Below, one piece after another: positions 1 to 9,507 of a stretch of DNA of 64,000 bases; within the stretch, counting starts at the first letter, position 1; every line of letters begins with the position of its first letter. Source of the stretch: Euryarchaeota archaeon UBA62 (GTDB lineage Archaea; Thermoplasmatota; Poseidoniia; Poseidoniales; Thalassarchaeaceae). The stretch covers positions 37,387 through 101,386 of the forward strand of contig DAPJ01000028.1 in the NCBI GenBank assembly GCA_002502095.1, written 5' to 3'. The notes beneath the pieces are model-generated. The model was given only the letters and a program-made list of their open reading frames with translations. It did no database searches and was not told the origin of the DNA. A program made the position numbers and the translations under genes.

Positions 1-1
1 A

Positions 2-3000
2 GTAAGATCTACCGGGAGGTTATCAGGTACTTGGTCATTGGAAATAGACGGTTCACAACTTCCTTCGGGCTGGACCTGGGATGATGTTACGCCCGGAGGG
101 AGTAGTGGGATTCAGATAGCAACAGGTGATTCTTGGTCACCAGTAATCGAGATAGTCGCCCCCTCCTCGGCCCTAGGCTCGGATTCAGGATTCCTTGGCT
201 TGACGATGTCCCTAGATAGTGACTCCAACGTTAGTGTTTCATCTATACTTCCTATTGAGGCGAATAGGACTAGGGGATTATCAATTAGGGGCCCTGAGGG
301 CGCATCATACAGCTCTGGATATGGATTAATCGGAGATTCTGCTAGAGCATGGATAGTTGTGGAAAATATTGGGAATGCTGTGGAAAATCAAATCTCATTG
401 GATTGGGGGAATACGCTGTGGGGGAGTGATTTACGATTAATTGACAGTGATGGGGATGAGAGGTTTGCATTGGTTCTTGACCCGGGGGAGAGACTAGTTT
501 TGGAAGCCAACCTTGATGTTCCAGTTGTCGATGAAAATCAACAGACGGTATTAATTGGTGATCAAGTAGAGACGTCTTTGACGCTATGTGTGGATGGAGA
601 TGAGGGCTGTCAAACTGTAGATTTGACTTTCATTGCTTCAGGGGTAGTCAGTAGGAGTCATATCAGAAGTGTCCCTTCAACTGGCCTAGAATGGATAATA
701 CAAGCTGACCGTCCTACAGGTGAAGATTTACTATCATGGTCATTGTCATCTGCTGGAATGGCAAAAACTGGTTGGTCATGGACGGCATCGGGTGATTTAC
801 AGATAAATGGAGACAACCTTTCCATGGATGTTTCTAGCGGAACTGGAATGGGTTTTCTGTCTCTAAGTCTTCCGAGTAATGCGGCCCCTGCATATCACTA
901 CTTCGAAGATTCTAGTGAAGAGTCAACATCTCATTCTCTTAGATTATCAATAGAGATACTCCAAATATTCCGATCATCGATGATGATCTCATCGCCTAGT
1001 GAACAGCCGTTCCTTGTAGAGGTTGAAGATGAGTCCCTGGTAGTATTGAGGTTAGAAAATCCCGGAAATGGAGATGATTCATTCAATCTAGGCTATTCGT
1101 TAATACTAGATGAAAATATCACAGAAGATCCCGGAGTTGATGTCTCCTTTTCTAGAGATATGGTTTCTCTTTCAGCGGGTAGCCTCACGACTGTTCCTGT
1201 AAGTGTAACGCTCCCTGAGAATACCCCTGCCAGAGTCCCAATGAAGATTTCATTCTCAATGCAGTCGGAAGGAGATTCTACTATCCTATCCACGGTCGAA
1301 ATAGTATTTGAGGCTAGGCAGGACCATCAGTGGAATGTCTATCCATTCCTTTCTAGTGAGTCGGGGAATATAGATGCTGATGGGGAAACATTCCAAGCCA
1401 ATCCTGGAGAGTCTGTTTCATTGGACGTAATGGTGACAAATGTTGGAAATCTGGTGGATGAATTAACACTACTAACATCCGTGATTACCTCGCTTCAGAG
1501 TGGGGATTCATCAACGGAATGGATTTCTAGCGGGAGTGCTATTTCTAACTTAGGAGTGAATGAAACCGGGATGATGTCAGTCGATACTATCATTCCTCTT
1601 GACGCATGGAGTGGGTCCTCGGCAGAAGTAACTGTTACCGCTATAGCGCAAGGTCAAGAGATCACATCATTCTCTTTCTCGGTAGTCTCAGGACATGTTC
1701 CGTCTTGGAATGCAGTAATTGATCAAGCAAACTTGGAAGTTGCGACCCATGGATCAGAAATCACACTATCCGTATTACAGATGGGTAATTCTCCGAGTCG
1801 TCCTTACATCTCCATGTTTGTTTCGGGAGAGCAGGGATGGGAAATTGGTAATGTTTCGGACATGCCGATAATAAACCCAGGAGAAAGTGCTCCTCTATCG
1901 CTAAATGTAACTCCCCCTGAAAATGCCGTATACGGAAGGGCAGTTGAGTTGACTATAAGAATCAAAGAAGGAGATTCAAGCGGACTTTCAGAGATTGTGT
2001 TCCCACTGAGAGTTGCGGTAACACATGATTTCTCTTTGTCCGGACAAGGAGACTGGATTGTTAGCCGGGATGGGGGGTACCCTCTAGCATTTATCGAAAA
2101 TCAGGGGAATGCACCAAGCACCATTTCAATTCAGATACTCAGCCTGCCACTTGGTTGGGAGATCTCTGGTAATCAAAATGTGATATTGGGGGTTGGGGAG
2201 ATCTCTGGCGTTCCGATTGAGCTACTGCCAGATGAGAGCTGGGATGGAAATGTCAAGACAATTAGAATACTAGCTGAGGACTCTGAAGGCAATCAAAGAG
2301 AAATATCGATGGACACTAGGAAAGAGAGTCATTCATGGTCCTCTAGTCCGGTAATCATCTCAACTTCGGGCGATAGCTATATCTTGGAAATTCATGGGAC
2401 CAGTTCAGATAGTACAGTGATTGATTCCGCTGGTGGACCGCTCCCGTGGAGCGATGCGGGAGGATGGCTATGGGGCTCCTACACGGGAGGAAATGGAAGT
2501 CTGAATGTTAATCCATCTACAATACTCGAGTATAGATCTTGGGTTTCAGAACCGTCTACTAGACAGGGTAGTTGCTCCATAGGTGGAGATGTAGATGCCG
2601 TTGAAGCTAGTTGTACAATAATGAATGGGAGTGAAAAATTTGGTTACACCGTTATCCTATCAGATGACCGAGGCAATATGCTAGATTCAATTTCAGGATT
2701 GCTGGGACAGGGAGAATCCTCGGGGATGATCAATCTAAGTGCGGATGGATGGAGCCCAATGCCTGGAAGGAGTGAGCTGACAATTAGGGCCATTGATTCC
2801 AGAGGAGTCGAATTTTCATCTGATAGTAATACATTTGAAGTTAGAAGGACTGATTGGAATGTCGGATTGGTAGGATTGGAGATTATCGGTACTGGTCAAG
2901 AACAAGAGGTATCCATACTCACAAAGAGAGATAATCATCAGATTTTAGATGGTTCAGTTTGTACAATTACCATCCAAGCCGGAAACGCCTTCTCTGCAGA

Positions 3001-3514
3001 ATACATAGTCGATATGTCAGAATCCAGTGCCTTAGCTCCTAGGCCTGTCATCGATAGACCTGATGTCGCAGATGGAGTAGAGTTAGTAGCTACGATAAGT
3101 TGCGAATTCCCTTGGGACATTGATTCTGACCCTTCAGACGATGAAGCCAGAATTATTCTGTCGGGCTCAGGAGAGTCTGAAGGAGGCTTCAGTGACTCAA
3201 GTACTGCGATTGCATCGGCCAGCTTAGTAATTGGAATTTCTATTGCTTTCGCATGGATGGCTAAAAACTTCCGAGAGAGTAGGGAAATGATGGAGAGAAC
3301 TAGGATTGCAGTAGAGAAAAAGGCACTGGAGAAGAAGGCTAATATGGCTAAGAAGGAGGAGGCTCCGAATCAGAGATTAGTACAAGAAGAGAGTGTGGTC
3401 GACAATCTGCAAAATGTCCCAGAAGTTCCAACTGAAGGAGTATCAAATGATGTAGAAGATAGCCCAATGGATAGCTTTGAAGAGCGTCTTAATCGCCTAA
3501 GGTCTGACAAGTAG
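2..3514 (+). CDS. Large cell-surface protein (5' end cut by window edge) with CARDB/NEW3-like beta-sandwich repeats, C-terminal TM anchor and charged tail
   Basis: The frame is open from nt 2 (no stop upstream of the TTG at 38) and the listed N-terminus has no signal peptide, so the gene continues upstream. It has repeated V-x-N-x-G-N type motifs (VENIGNAVENQ, VTNVGNLVDE, IENQGNAPSTI, ENPGNGDDSF) and many N-x-S/T sequons. A hydrophobic helix AIASASLVIGISIAFAWMA is followed by a K/E-rich tail. Confidence 0.8.
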   Translation, partial: VRSTGRLSGTWSLEIDGSQLPSGWTWDDVTPGGSSGIQIATGDSWSPVIEIVAPSSALGSDSGFLGLTMSLDSDSNVSVSSILPIEANRTRGLSIRGPEGASYSSGYGLIGDSARAWIVVENIGNAVENQISLDWGNTLWGSDLRLIDSDGDERFALVLDPGERLVLEANLDVPVVDENQQTVLIGDQVETSLTLCVDGDEGCQTVDLTFIASGVVSRSHIRSVPSTGLEWIIQADRPTGEDLLSWSLSSAGMAKTGWSWTASGDLQINGDNLSMDVSSGTGMGFLSLSLPSNAAPAYHYFEDSSEESTSHSLRLSIEILQIFRSSMMISSPSEQPFLVEVEDESLVVLRLENPGNGDDSFNLGYSLILDENITEDPGVDVSFSRDMVSLSAGSLTTVPVSVTLPENTPARVPMKISFSMQSEGDSTILSTVEIVFEARQDHQWNVYPFLSSESGNIDADGETFQANPGESVSLDVMVTNVGNLVDELTLLTSVITSLQSGDSSTEWISSGSAISNLGVNETGMMSVDTIIPLDAWSGSSAEVTVTAIAQGQEITSFSFSVVSGHVPSWNAVIDQANLEVATHGSEITLSVLQMGNSPSRPYISMFVSGEQGWEIGNVSDMPIINPGESAPLSLNVTPPENAVYGRAVELTIRIKEGDSSGLSEIVFPLRVAVTHDFSLSGQGDWIVSRDGGYPLAFIENQGNAPSTISIQILSLPLGWEISGNQNVILGVGEISGVPIELLPDESWDGNVKTIRILAEDSEGNQREISMDTRKESHSWSSSPVIISTSGDSYILEIHGTSSDSTVIDSAGGPLPWSDAGGWLWGSYTGGNGSLNVNPSTILEYRSWVSEPSTRQGSCSIGGDVDAVEASCTIMNGSEKFGYTVILSDDRGNMLDSISGLLGQGESSGMINLSADGWSPMPGRSELTIRAIDSRGVEFSSDSNTFEVRRTDWNVGLVGLEIIGTGQEQEVSILTKRDNHQILDGSVCTITIQAGNAFSAEYIVDMSESSALAPRPVIDRPDVADGVELVATISCEFPWDIDSDPSDDEARIILSGSGESEGGFSDSSTAIASASLVIGISIAFAWMAKNFRESREMMERTRIAVEKKALEKKANMAKKEEAPNQRLVQEESVVDNLQNVPEVPTEGVSNDVEDSPMDSFEERLNRLRSDK

Positions 3515-3524
3515 TGGTGAGTGT

Positions 3525-4151
3525 ATGCCCATGAATTCAAATCTACCAAACTTCCACACATTTGACCCCATAGTTAGGGATCCTCTGGACATTATCCCTG
3601 CAGTACTTTCTTCCATGGGGGGAGATCATCAAGAATTGAAGAGAGAGAGTCCATTTTCAATTGACATTCAGAATCTAAAAGAAGGCATTGAGCCAACTTT
3701 TGACCCTGCCACAATGCTATATCTCTCCATAGGAGAATTAGATTCAGAGGGAAGAAGGACTGAGCCTATTGACTCCAGTTCTGGCAAGGAAAGGCTGGGA
3801 CGATTTCCCTACGGAGACGGAAATATCGTAACATATCTCCTGGAAAATACCAAGCAGAAAGGAGATATGACAGTTCTACATGATCTTCTATCGAAACTTT
3901 CTGACGGATTATCTGAAGATAATCTTGGAGAGTTAGGATTCAGACATGGTTTTGGAGGATTAACACTACTTGGATGGTTGAATATAGAGGAGGTATCAGA
4001 ATTGAGTAGCGCTATTCGGTCTGGACGTTGGAAAGTCCTTTCCGAAGAGCCCCTAGATGGTGGCGTTGATTATGCTTTCAGACTTTTACTTGCAATGCTA
4101 AGGACTGCGCAAAGAAGAAGATGTGGAGTTCTAATGAGAAGGCACTCTTAG
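3525..4151 (+). CDS. Hypothetical cytoplasmic protein, no family recognised
   Basis: 208-aa ORF with an ATG 10 nt after the surface-protein stop and GGTGA (3516-3520) 4 nt upstream. It has no TM segment or signal peptide. Its stop abuts the convergent purC stop. Confidence 0.55.
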   Translation: MPMNSNLPNFHTFDPIVRDPLDIIPAVLSSMGGDHQELKRESPFSIDIQNLKEGIEPTFDPATMLYLSIGELDSEGRRTEPIDSSSGKERLGRFPYGDGNIVTYLLENTKQKGDMTVLHDLLSKLSDGLSEDNLGELGFRHGFGGLTLLGWLNIEEVSELSSAIRSGRWKVLSEEPLDGGVDYAFRLLLAMLRTAQRRRCGVLMRRHS

Positions 4152-5108
4152 CTAGAATTTTTCACCAGTTAGACGTTCGAACATTCCTGCATAAAGATCA
4201 GCGGTTTGATCGATGATTTTACTCGGAAGAGCTGGGATGGGAGGTTCTTCTGAACCTGCCTCTCTGGCTTCATAGAGTTGCTCATAGTGGCCGGTTGAGA
4301 GATAATGCTCCCTGACAAACTCCTTAGATAGAGACACTATATTTCCATTTTCATAATCATCAGCCGCCCACCACCTATCTTCGTCTAGAGTCCCGAATGA
4401 GTCAACTAGAACAGGTACTCGACCGGGGCCAAGGGCGAATTCTTTCTTTCCGTCAACATGTATAAGTCCCCTCTTGGATGCTTCAGTATGTATAATTTCG
4501 TCTATCTTAACAACGATATCAAGAATACTATCGAACTCCTCATCGGTTAAGTTAGAAATCTCTAATGCTTCTTTACGATCTAGTAACCTGTCGAATTTCT
4601 CAAATTTAGTGGAGACTTCCAGATATGGAGACGGTAATTTAACACCTTCATGTAATACAGTTCCGGGCTCGAATCCAAATTCCTCTGGCCCTACTTCGCC
4701 CCTGTCATACCTTCTCCAACCTCCACCTGCGAGGTAGTGTCTACAAATGACCTCAAGAGGAACGAAAACATTCTCCATATCGCGGGGAATCGCTCCAGGC
4801 TCTCTGATTACTTCGAACCTTCGCGCCAGAACCCTATCTGGAGCATTCATTTCGATAATGTGAGTTTCACATATTTCGGCTTCTTCAACGAGTTTGAACC
4901 AATGGCATGAAGTCCTGTTTAGGCTCTCTCCCTTTCTAGGGACCAAGCTTGGTATGATCTGATCGAAGACACTGATCTGATCCGTATACCTAAATTCTAT
5001 GATATCTGGATCATCCGTACTCCATACTTCCTTTACTTTGCCCTTGTATAGCATGTCTACCATGGTGCAAGGAGGGGAAAGATGATGATGAACATTACTG
5101 AAAGACAT
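4152..5108 (-). CDS. purC: Phosphoribosylaminoimidazole-succinocarboxamide (SAICAR) synthase, long form
   Basis: The N-terminal block MLYKGKVKEVW...FRYTDQISVFD...KGESLNRTSCHWF is typical of PurC. The ATG at 5108 lies 26-30 nt from a TATA-like CTATAT, which would fit a leaderless mRNA. An alternative internal start is MVDMLYKGK at 5063. Confidence 0.9.
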   Translation of the reverse strand: MSFSNVHHHLSPPCTMVDMLYKGKVKEVWSTDDPDIIEFRYTDQISVFDQIIPSLVPRKGESLNRTSCHWFKLVEEAEICETHIIEMNAPDRVLARRFEVIREPGAIPRDMENVFVPLEVICRHYLAGGGWRRYDRGEVGPEEFGFEPGTVLHEGVKLPSPYLEVSTKFEKFDRLLDRKEALEISNLTDEEFDSILDIVVKIDEIIHTEASKRGLIHVDGKKEFALGPGRVPVLVDSFGTLDEDRWWAADDYENGNIVSLSKEFVREHYLSTGHYEQLYEAREAGSEEPPIPALPSKIIDQTADLYAGMFERLTGEKF

Positions 5109-5131
5109 TCAGATTTTCGAGTACCGCCGGG

Positions 5132-5139
5132 ACTATATC
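5132..5139. promoter_or_regulatory. TATA-like element (ACTATATC) possibly shared by divergent purC and the ABC permease gene
   Basis: This is the only TATA-like string in the 61-nt divergent spacer. It lies about 26-30 nt from the purC ATG (5108, minus strand) and about 32-36 nt from the permease ATG (5170, plus strand). Confidence 0.3.
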
Positions 5140-5169
5140 CGAAGAACCTCGCCAAGCAATGGGGAGCGG

Positions 5170-7308
5170 ATGATTGAAACAATGAAATCTGAGGGTCGGA
5201 GAAGATATCCCTTTGCATTTCCAAGCTTTTTCTCGATCGTATTAATGTCATTACTAGTACTTTCCATCCCAGCTAATGCACAGGAGTACAGAAGTGGCTG
5301 GGACATTATTGACAGTGGCACCACAGAAGACCTCTATGCTGTAGAGTCACAAGGAAGTGAGATTTGGGCATTTGGAGAAAATGGGATAATGATAATGAGT
5401 TTAGATGGGGGACTGACTTGGGAAGTTAGCGAATCTCTAACATCATCTGATTTGACAATATCGAGCTCTGGCTATGGATCGTTCCTAACAGCTAGTAGTG
5501 ACGGTACAATTTTACTTAAGTCGGCCAATGATTCAGTATGGTCAGACATTACAAACGACTTCGGAAATGAGGGGATTCATGGTGCCTGCCTTACTGGTGT
5601 GTCTGAGTTGGTAATCGTTGGCGGAAATGGGACCATATGGACTTATGAGATGCAGGAGTGGACCAATCGTTCGGTTTCAGGATGGGATTTGTTAGACGTA
5701 TCTTTCTTGGATTCAGAAAGAGGAATTGCTGTCGGAGAACAGGGGACAATTCTATTCTCAGACGATGGCGGAGAATCCTGGGATTACAGAGATGCACCTT
5801 CAGAGGCTTCATCTTCAAGGATCACTGATATAGAGTTCTTCAGTGAAATTAGGGCATATGCTATTACAGACGAGGGAGGAGTCATCAAGTCTTCGAGAGA
5901 AATTAACACTGCAGTGGGATTTCTCTGGAATATGCAATATTTTGAGTCTGAGGGCAACTCAGATAATCTTGGAGAAAATCTAACATCGATAGAGATAGCA
6001 ACGACAAATAAATTTCTTCTTTCTGGCAAAGAGGGATACCTCTCTATGAGTAAAGACGGGGGCAATATAGTCACCAGACAGACCATACCCCTACATAATT
6101 CTACATCATTCAATGACATAACAATGATGGATAGTTTCAACGGTGTAGCAGTAGGCAGTAATGGATCCTTACTTCTGACGGAGAGATCTGGAGAGGACGA
6201 GCAGATTGGTTTTGAGGTTATGGACTTCTCAGAATTTGGAAACTTTGTAGACTACTCTAAGGGGATGTTGATTGATGGTTTGTTCGCTACAGTTAACATA
6301 GTAATGTTCGGAATTTTCCTCGGATTCTTCCTAGGTGTATCACTCTCAATGATGAAGACATCACCCACTACTTTGAAGGAAATTTCTCAGAAGAGAAGCC
6401 TAACAGTTGTAAGGGTCGCTGGAATCATCTTTACGGTTATTGGAGTATCCCTTCTGAGGCACCTAGTTCCCATAATTAGAAATCTAGGATTGGATGGTTG
6501 GGAATATATTTACGCCCCGATTGGAATCATTAACCCTGATGGAATAACAGGGGATCTACAATTCGAAAACTTCCTATTTCTGATACTAGGAATTAGTCTC
6601 TTACTTTTGGGAATACTCTTCGCTTCGGCGAATGGCGAGTATAAGAAATCCCATTTCAATATCATAGGCAGGGATATTATTTGGAATCCCTGGGGAGTCA
6701 GGCCTCTAAATTTCGTTGCAACTATTTATACAGATATTTTTAGAAATACTCCATTGATTGTACAGTTTTTATTCATACATTTCGGAGTCCAGATAGGTGC
6801 GTTAATCGGAGACCCTGGTGCAGAGATGTTAGAAGATTCAAGTAACTTTATTCTATCATTCTTGAGAGATGATATTCTTTCTAACAGGGCATGTGTTAGT
6901 GCTATTTTTGCGTTAGGACTGAACTCTGGAGCGTATCAATGTGAGACCATTAGAGGAGCTATCTCGGCTATACCTTCTGGACAGATGGAAGCGGGAAGAA
7001 GTATAGGTCTGAATTATATGCAGACAATGAGACTTGTAATAATGCCTCAAGCCATTAGGATATGCATTCCTCCGATGGGTAACGAGATGGTAAATCTAGT
7101 ACTAAACTCGTCACTTGCCATGGTTATAGGCTATTCCGAGCTTACTCGAAAGGCCAAGCTAATCAACGCTGTGACTTTCCAGGTATTCTGGTCTTATGGA
7201 ATGGTCTTAGTTTCCTACTTTATCGTTACATGGACACTAGCATTATTCCTAAGATACTTGGAGAATAAAACTAGGATTCCTGGACTTGGAATATCCGGAG
7301 GAAGCTGA
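5170..7308 (+). CDS. Fusion protein: signal/anchor + BNR/Ycf48-like beta-propeller + polar amino-acid ABC transporter permease (HisM/GlnP family)
   Basis: The N-terminal third carries BNR-type motifs SLDGGLTWEV, SDDGGESWDY and SKDGGNIV. The C-terminal half has the permease signature FRNTPLIVQFLFIHFG and the EAA loop EAGRSIGLNYMQTMRLVIMPQAIR, with multiple TM helices. Confidence 0.85.
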   Translation: MIETMKSEGRRRYPFAFPSFFSIVLMSLLVLSIPANAQEYRSGWDIIDSGTTEDLYAVESQGSEIWAFGENGIMIMSLDGGLTWEVSESLTSSDLTISSSGYGSFLTASSDGTILLKSANDSVWSDITNDFGNEGIHGACLTGVSELVIVGGNGTIWTYEMQEWTNRSVSGWDLLDVSFLDSERGIAVGEQGTILFSDDGGESWDYRDAPSEASSSRITDIEFFSEIRAYAITDEGGVIKSSREINTAVGFLWNMQYFESEGNSDNLGENLTSIEIATTNKFLLSGKEGYLSMSKDGGNIVTRQTIPLHNSTSFNDITMMDSFNGVAVGSNGSLLLTERSGEDEQIGFEVMDFSEFGNFVDYSKGMLIDGLFATVNIVMFGIFLGFFLGVSLSMMKTSPTTLKEISQKRSLTVVRVAGIIFTVIGVSLLRHLVPIIRNLGLDGWEYIYAPIGIINPDGITGDLQFENFLFLILGISLLLLGILFASANGEYKKSHFNIIGRDIIWNPWGVRPLNFVATIYTDIFRNTPLIVQFLFIHFGVQIGALIGDPGAEMLEDSSNFILSFLRDDILSNRACVSAIFALGLNSGAYQCETIRGAISAIPSGQMEAGRSIGLNYMQTMRLVIMPQAIRICIPPMGNEMVNLVLNSSLAMVIGYSELTRKAKLINAVTFQVFWSYGMVLVSYFIVTWTLALFLRYLENKTRIPGLGISGGS

Positions 7309-8049
7309 ATGAGCAATGTACTAACAATTGTAGATATGCACAAGACATATGCTGGTGGAGTTCATGCAGTACGAGGGGTTTCATTTGATGTTAATCAGGG
7401 CGAATCAGTAGCCATAATTGGTTCGTCGGGAAGTGGCAAGTCTACGGTATTAAGATGTATTAACAGGCTAATTGAGCCGACTGAGGGAGAAGTAAGACTT
7501 CGTGGGAACCTGATTAATACTCCCTCAGCAGATATTAATGATGTAAGATCTAGAATTGGGATGGTCTTCCAGTCATTCGAGCTATTTTCTCACCTTAGAG
7601 TCATTGATAATATCACTCTTGGACTAAGGCATGTTAAGAAAATGAGCAAAAGAGAAGCTGAGGCTGAGGCTCTTGAGGTTCTGGAAAAGGTAGACATGCT
7701 AGACAGAAAGGATGCTTTTCCGGGAAATCTATCTGGAGGGCAGAAGCAACGTGTCGCTATTGCTAGAGCGCTTGCAATGAAGCCTGAAGTAATGTTATTT
7801 GATGAGCCCACGAGTGCTTTGGATCCAGAATTGATTGGCTCGGTTCTGAAAACTATCAGAGGACTGGCCGATGAAGGCATGACAATGATAGTCGTAACAC
7901 ACGAGATAGGCTTCGCTAGAGACGTGGCAGACAGAGTGATCTACATGGACAAGGGGCTAATAGCGGAATCTGGGAAGTCATCAATCATAGATAATCCAAA
8001 AACCGAACGTCTGAAGAGGTTCTTGTCTTCCATCACAGAGGAAGACTAG
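7309..8049 (+). CDS. Polar amino-acid ABC transporter ATP-binding protein (GlnQ/HisP type)
   Basis: Walker [10 protein letters not shown], signature [15 protein letters not shown], Walker [12 protein letters not shown] and H-loop VTHE are present. The ATG directly follows the permease stop. Confidence 0.93.
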   Translation: MSNVLTIVDMHKTYAGGVHAVRGVSFDVNQGESVAIIGSSGSGKSTVLRCINRLIEPTEGEVRLRGNLINTPSADINDVRSRIGMVFQSFELFSHLRVIDNITLGLRHVKKMSKREAEAEALEVLEKVDMLDRKDAFPGNLSGGQKQRVAIARALAMKPEVMLFDEPTSALDPELIGSVLKTIRGLADEGMTMIVVTHEIGFARDVADRVIYMDKGLIAESGKSSIIDNPKTERLKRFLSSITEED

Positions 8050-9410
8050 ATCATTCCCTGTGAGGTCATAGCTTCTGCGACCTTTAGGAATCCAGCAATA
8101 TTCGCTCCAGCAACATAGTTACCAGGCATTCCGAATCTTTCAGCAGTTTCATATGCATTCTTGTGGATATCGACCATTATGGCATCTAGCCTAGAGTCGA
8201 CCTCTTCACGAGTCCATGATAATCTGAGACTGTTCTGACTCATTTCAAGTCCAGAAGTGGCGACTCCCCCCGCGTTAGATGCCTTTCCTGGGGCAAAAAG
8301 AATTCCATTCTTGAGGAATACTTCGACAGCTTCTGGAGTGCAAGGCATATTCGCCCCTTCTGCAACAGCGATTACCTTGTTTGCGACCAGCATTTCCGCT
8401 TCAGAGCCGTTCAGCTCATTTTGAGTGGCACAAGGAAGAGCAACGTCAACATTCACCCCCCATAGGCCATTAGGAGTTGGCTCGGGCTCAGAAGGGTTAA
8501 ACTGGACGCCATCGAAATTATCTGCATACTCAGAAATTCTTCCTCTTCGGTTATTCTTTAGATCCATAATCCAATCTAACTTCTCTCGATCGATTCCTGA
8601 AGGATCATGAATCCATCCGCTGGAGTCAGACATTGTAACCGGCTTACCTCCAAGATCGAGAACCTTCTCACAAGCAAACTGCGCTACATTTCCAGAGCCT
8701 GAAATTGACACTGTTGCTCCTTCGAAAGATCTTCCAGTCGTCGCCAGCATCTCACGTGCGAAGTAAACTAATCCATATCCAGTAGCTTCTGGCCTAATTA
8801 GGGAGCCTCCGTAAGATCTTCCCTTTCCGGTTAAAACGCCCGTGAACTCGTTGGCTAGTTTCTTGTACATTCCAAACATGTAACCTATCTCTCGTCCTCC
8901 GACACCAATATCTCCAGCTGGCACATCTAAATCAGCACCGATATGCCTCCATAATTCCATCATAAAGGATTGACAGAATCTCATTACTTCAGAGTCCGAC
9001 TTACCCTTTGGATTGAAATCAGAGCCTCCCTTTCCTCCTCCCATAGGCAATCCAGTAAGGCTATTTTTGAAGACCTGCTCAAAGGCTAAGAATTTCAATA
9101 TGGACTGATTTACACTTGGGTGAAACCTAAGGCCACCTTTGTAAGGTCCGATTGAGCTACTCATTTGAATTCTGTACCCCCTGTTTACATTGAGGTTTCC
9201 ATTATCATCATACCAAGGGACTCTGAACTGAATAATTCTTTCAGCCTCGACCATCGCCTCTATCACTGGCATATATTCGGGATATTCCTCAATTACTGGA
9301 GAAAGGCTCTCGAGAACCTCTTCTACTGCCTGATGAAACTCAGGTTGGTTCGGGTCTCTTGCAATTACGCTGTCGTATACTGATTTAATTCTGCTATCCA
9401 TAGCACTCAC
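8046..9410 (-). CDS. gdhA: Glutamate dehydrogenase (hexameric ~450 aa type)
   Basis: Contains the [19 protein letters not shown] active-site block, the GDH dinucleotide-binding region GSGNVAQ, and full-length similarity to GdhA. Confidence 0.93.
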   Translation of the reverse strand: MSAMDSRIKSVYDSVIARDPNQPEFHQAVEEVLESLSPVIEEYPEYMPVIEAMVEAERIIQFRVPWYDDNGNLNVNRGYRIQMSSSIGPYKGGLRFHPSVNQSILKFLAFEQVFKNSLTGLPMGGGKGGSDFNPKGKSDSEVMRFCQSFMMELWRHIGADLDVPAGDIGVGGREIGYMFGMYKKLANEFTGVLTGKGRSYGGSLIRPEATGYGLVYFAREMLATTGRSFEGATVSISGSGNVAQFACEKVLDLGGKPVTMSDSSGWIHDPSGIDREKLDWIMDLKNNRRGRISEYADNFDGVQFNPSEPEPTPNGLWGVNVDVALPCATQNELNGSEAEMLVANKVIAVAEGANMPCTPEAVEVFLKNGILFAPGKASNAGGVATSGLEMSQNSLRLSWTREEVDSRLDAIMVDIHKNAYETAERFGMPGNYVAGANIAGFLKVAEAMTSQGMI

Positions 9411-9507
9411 CGGCGGTTGAAGATTCCTTTTTTAGGTACCAGCCGCCTTTGCGAGCGGTCTTACCCTTTTGAATCATATCCCAGCAGGGCATGCATGAAT
9501 GTATCAA

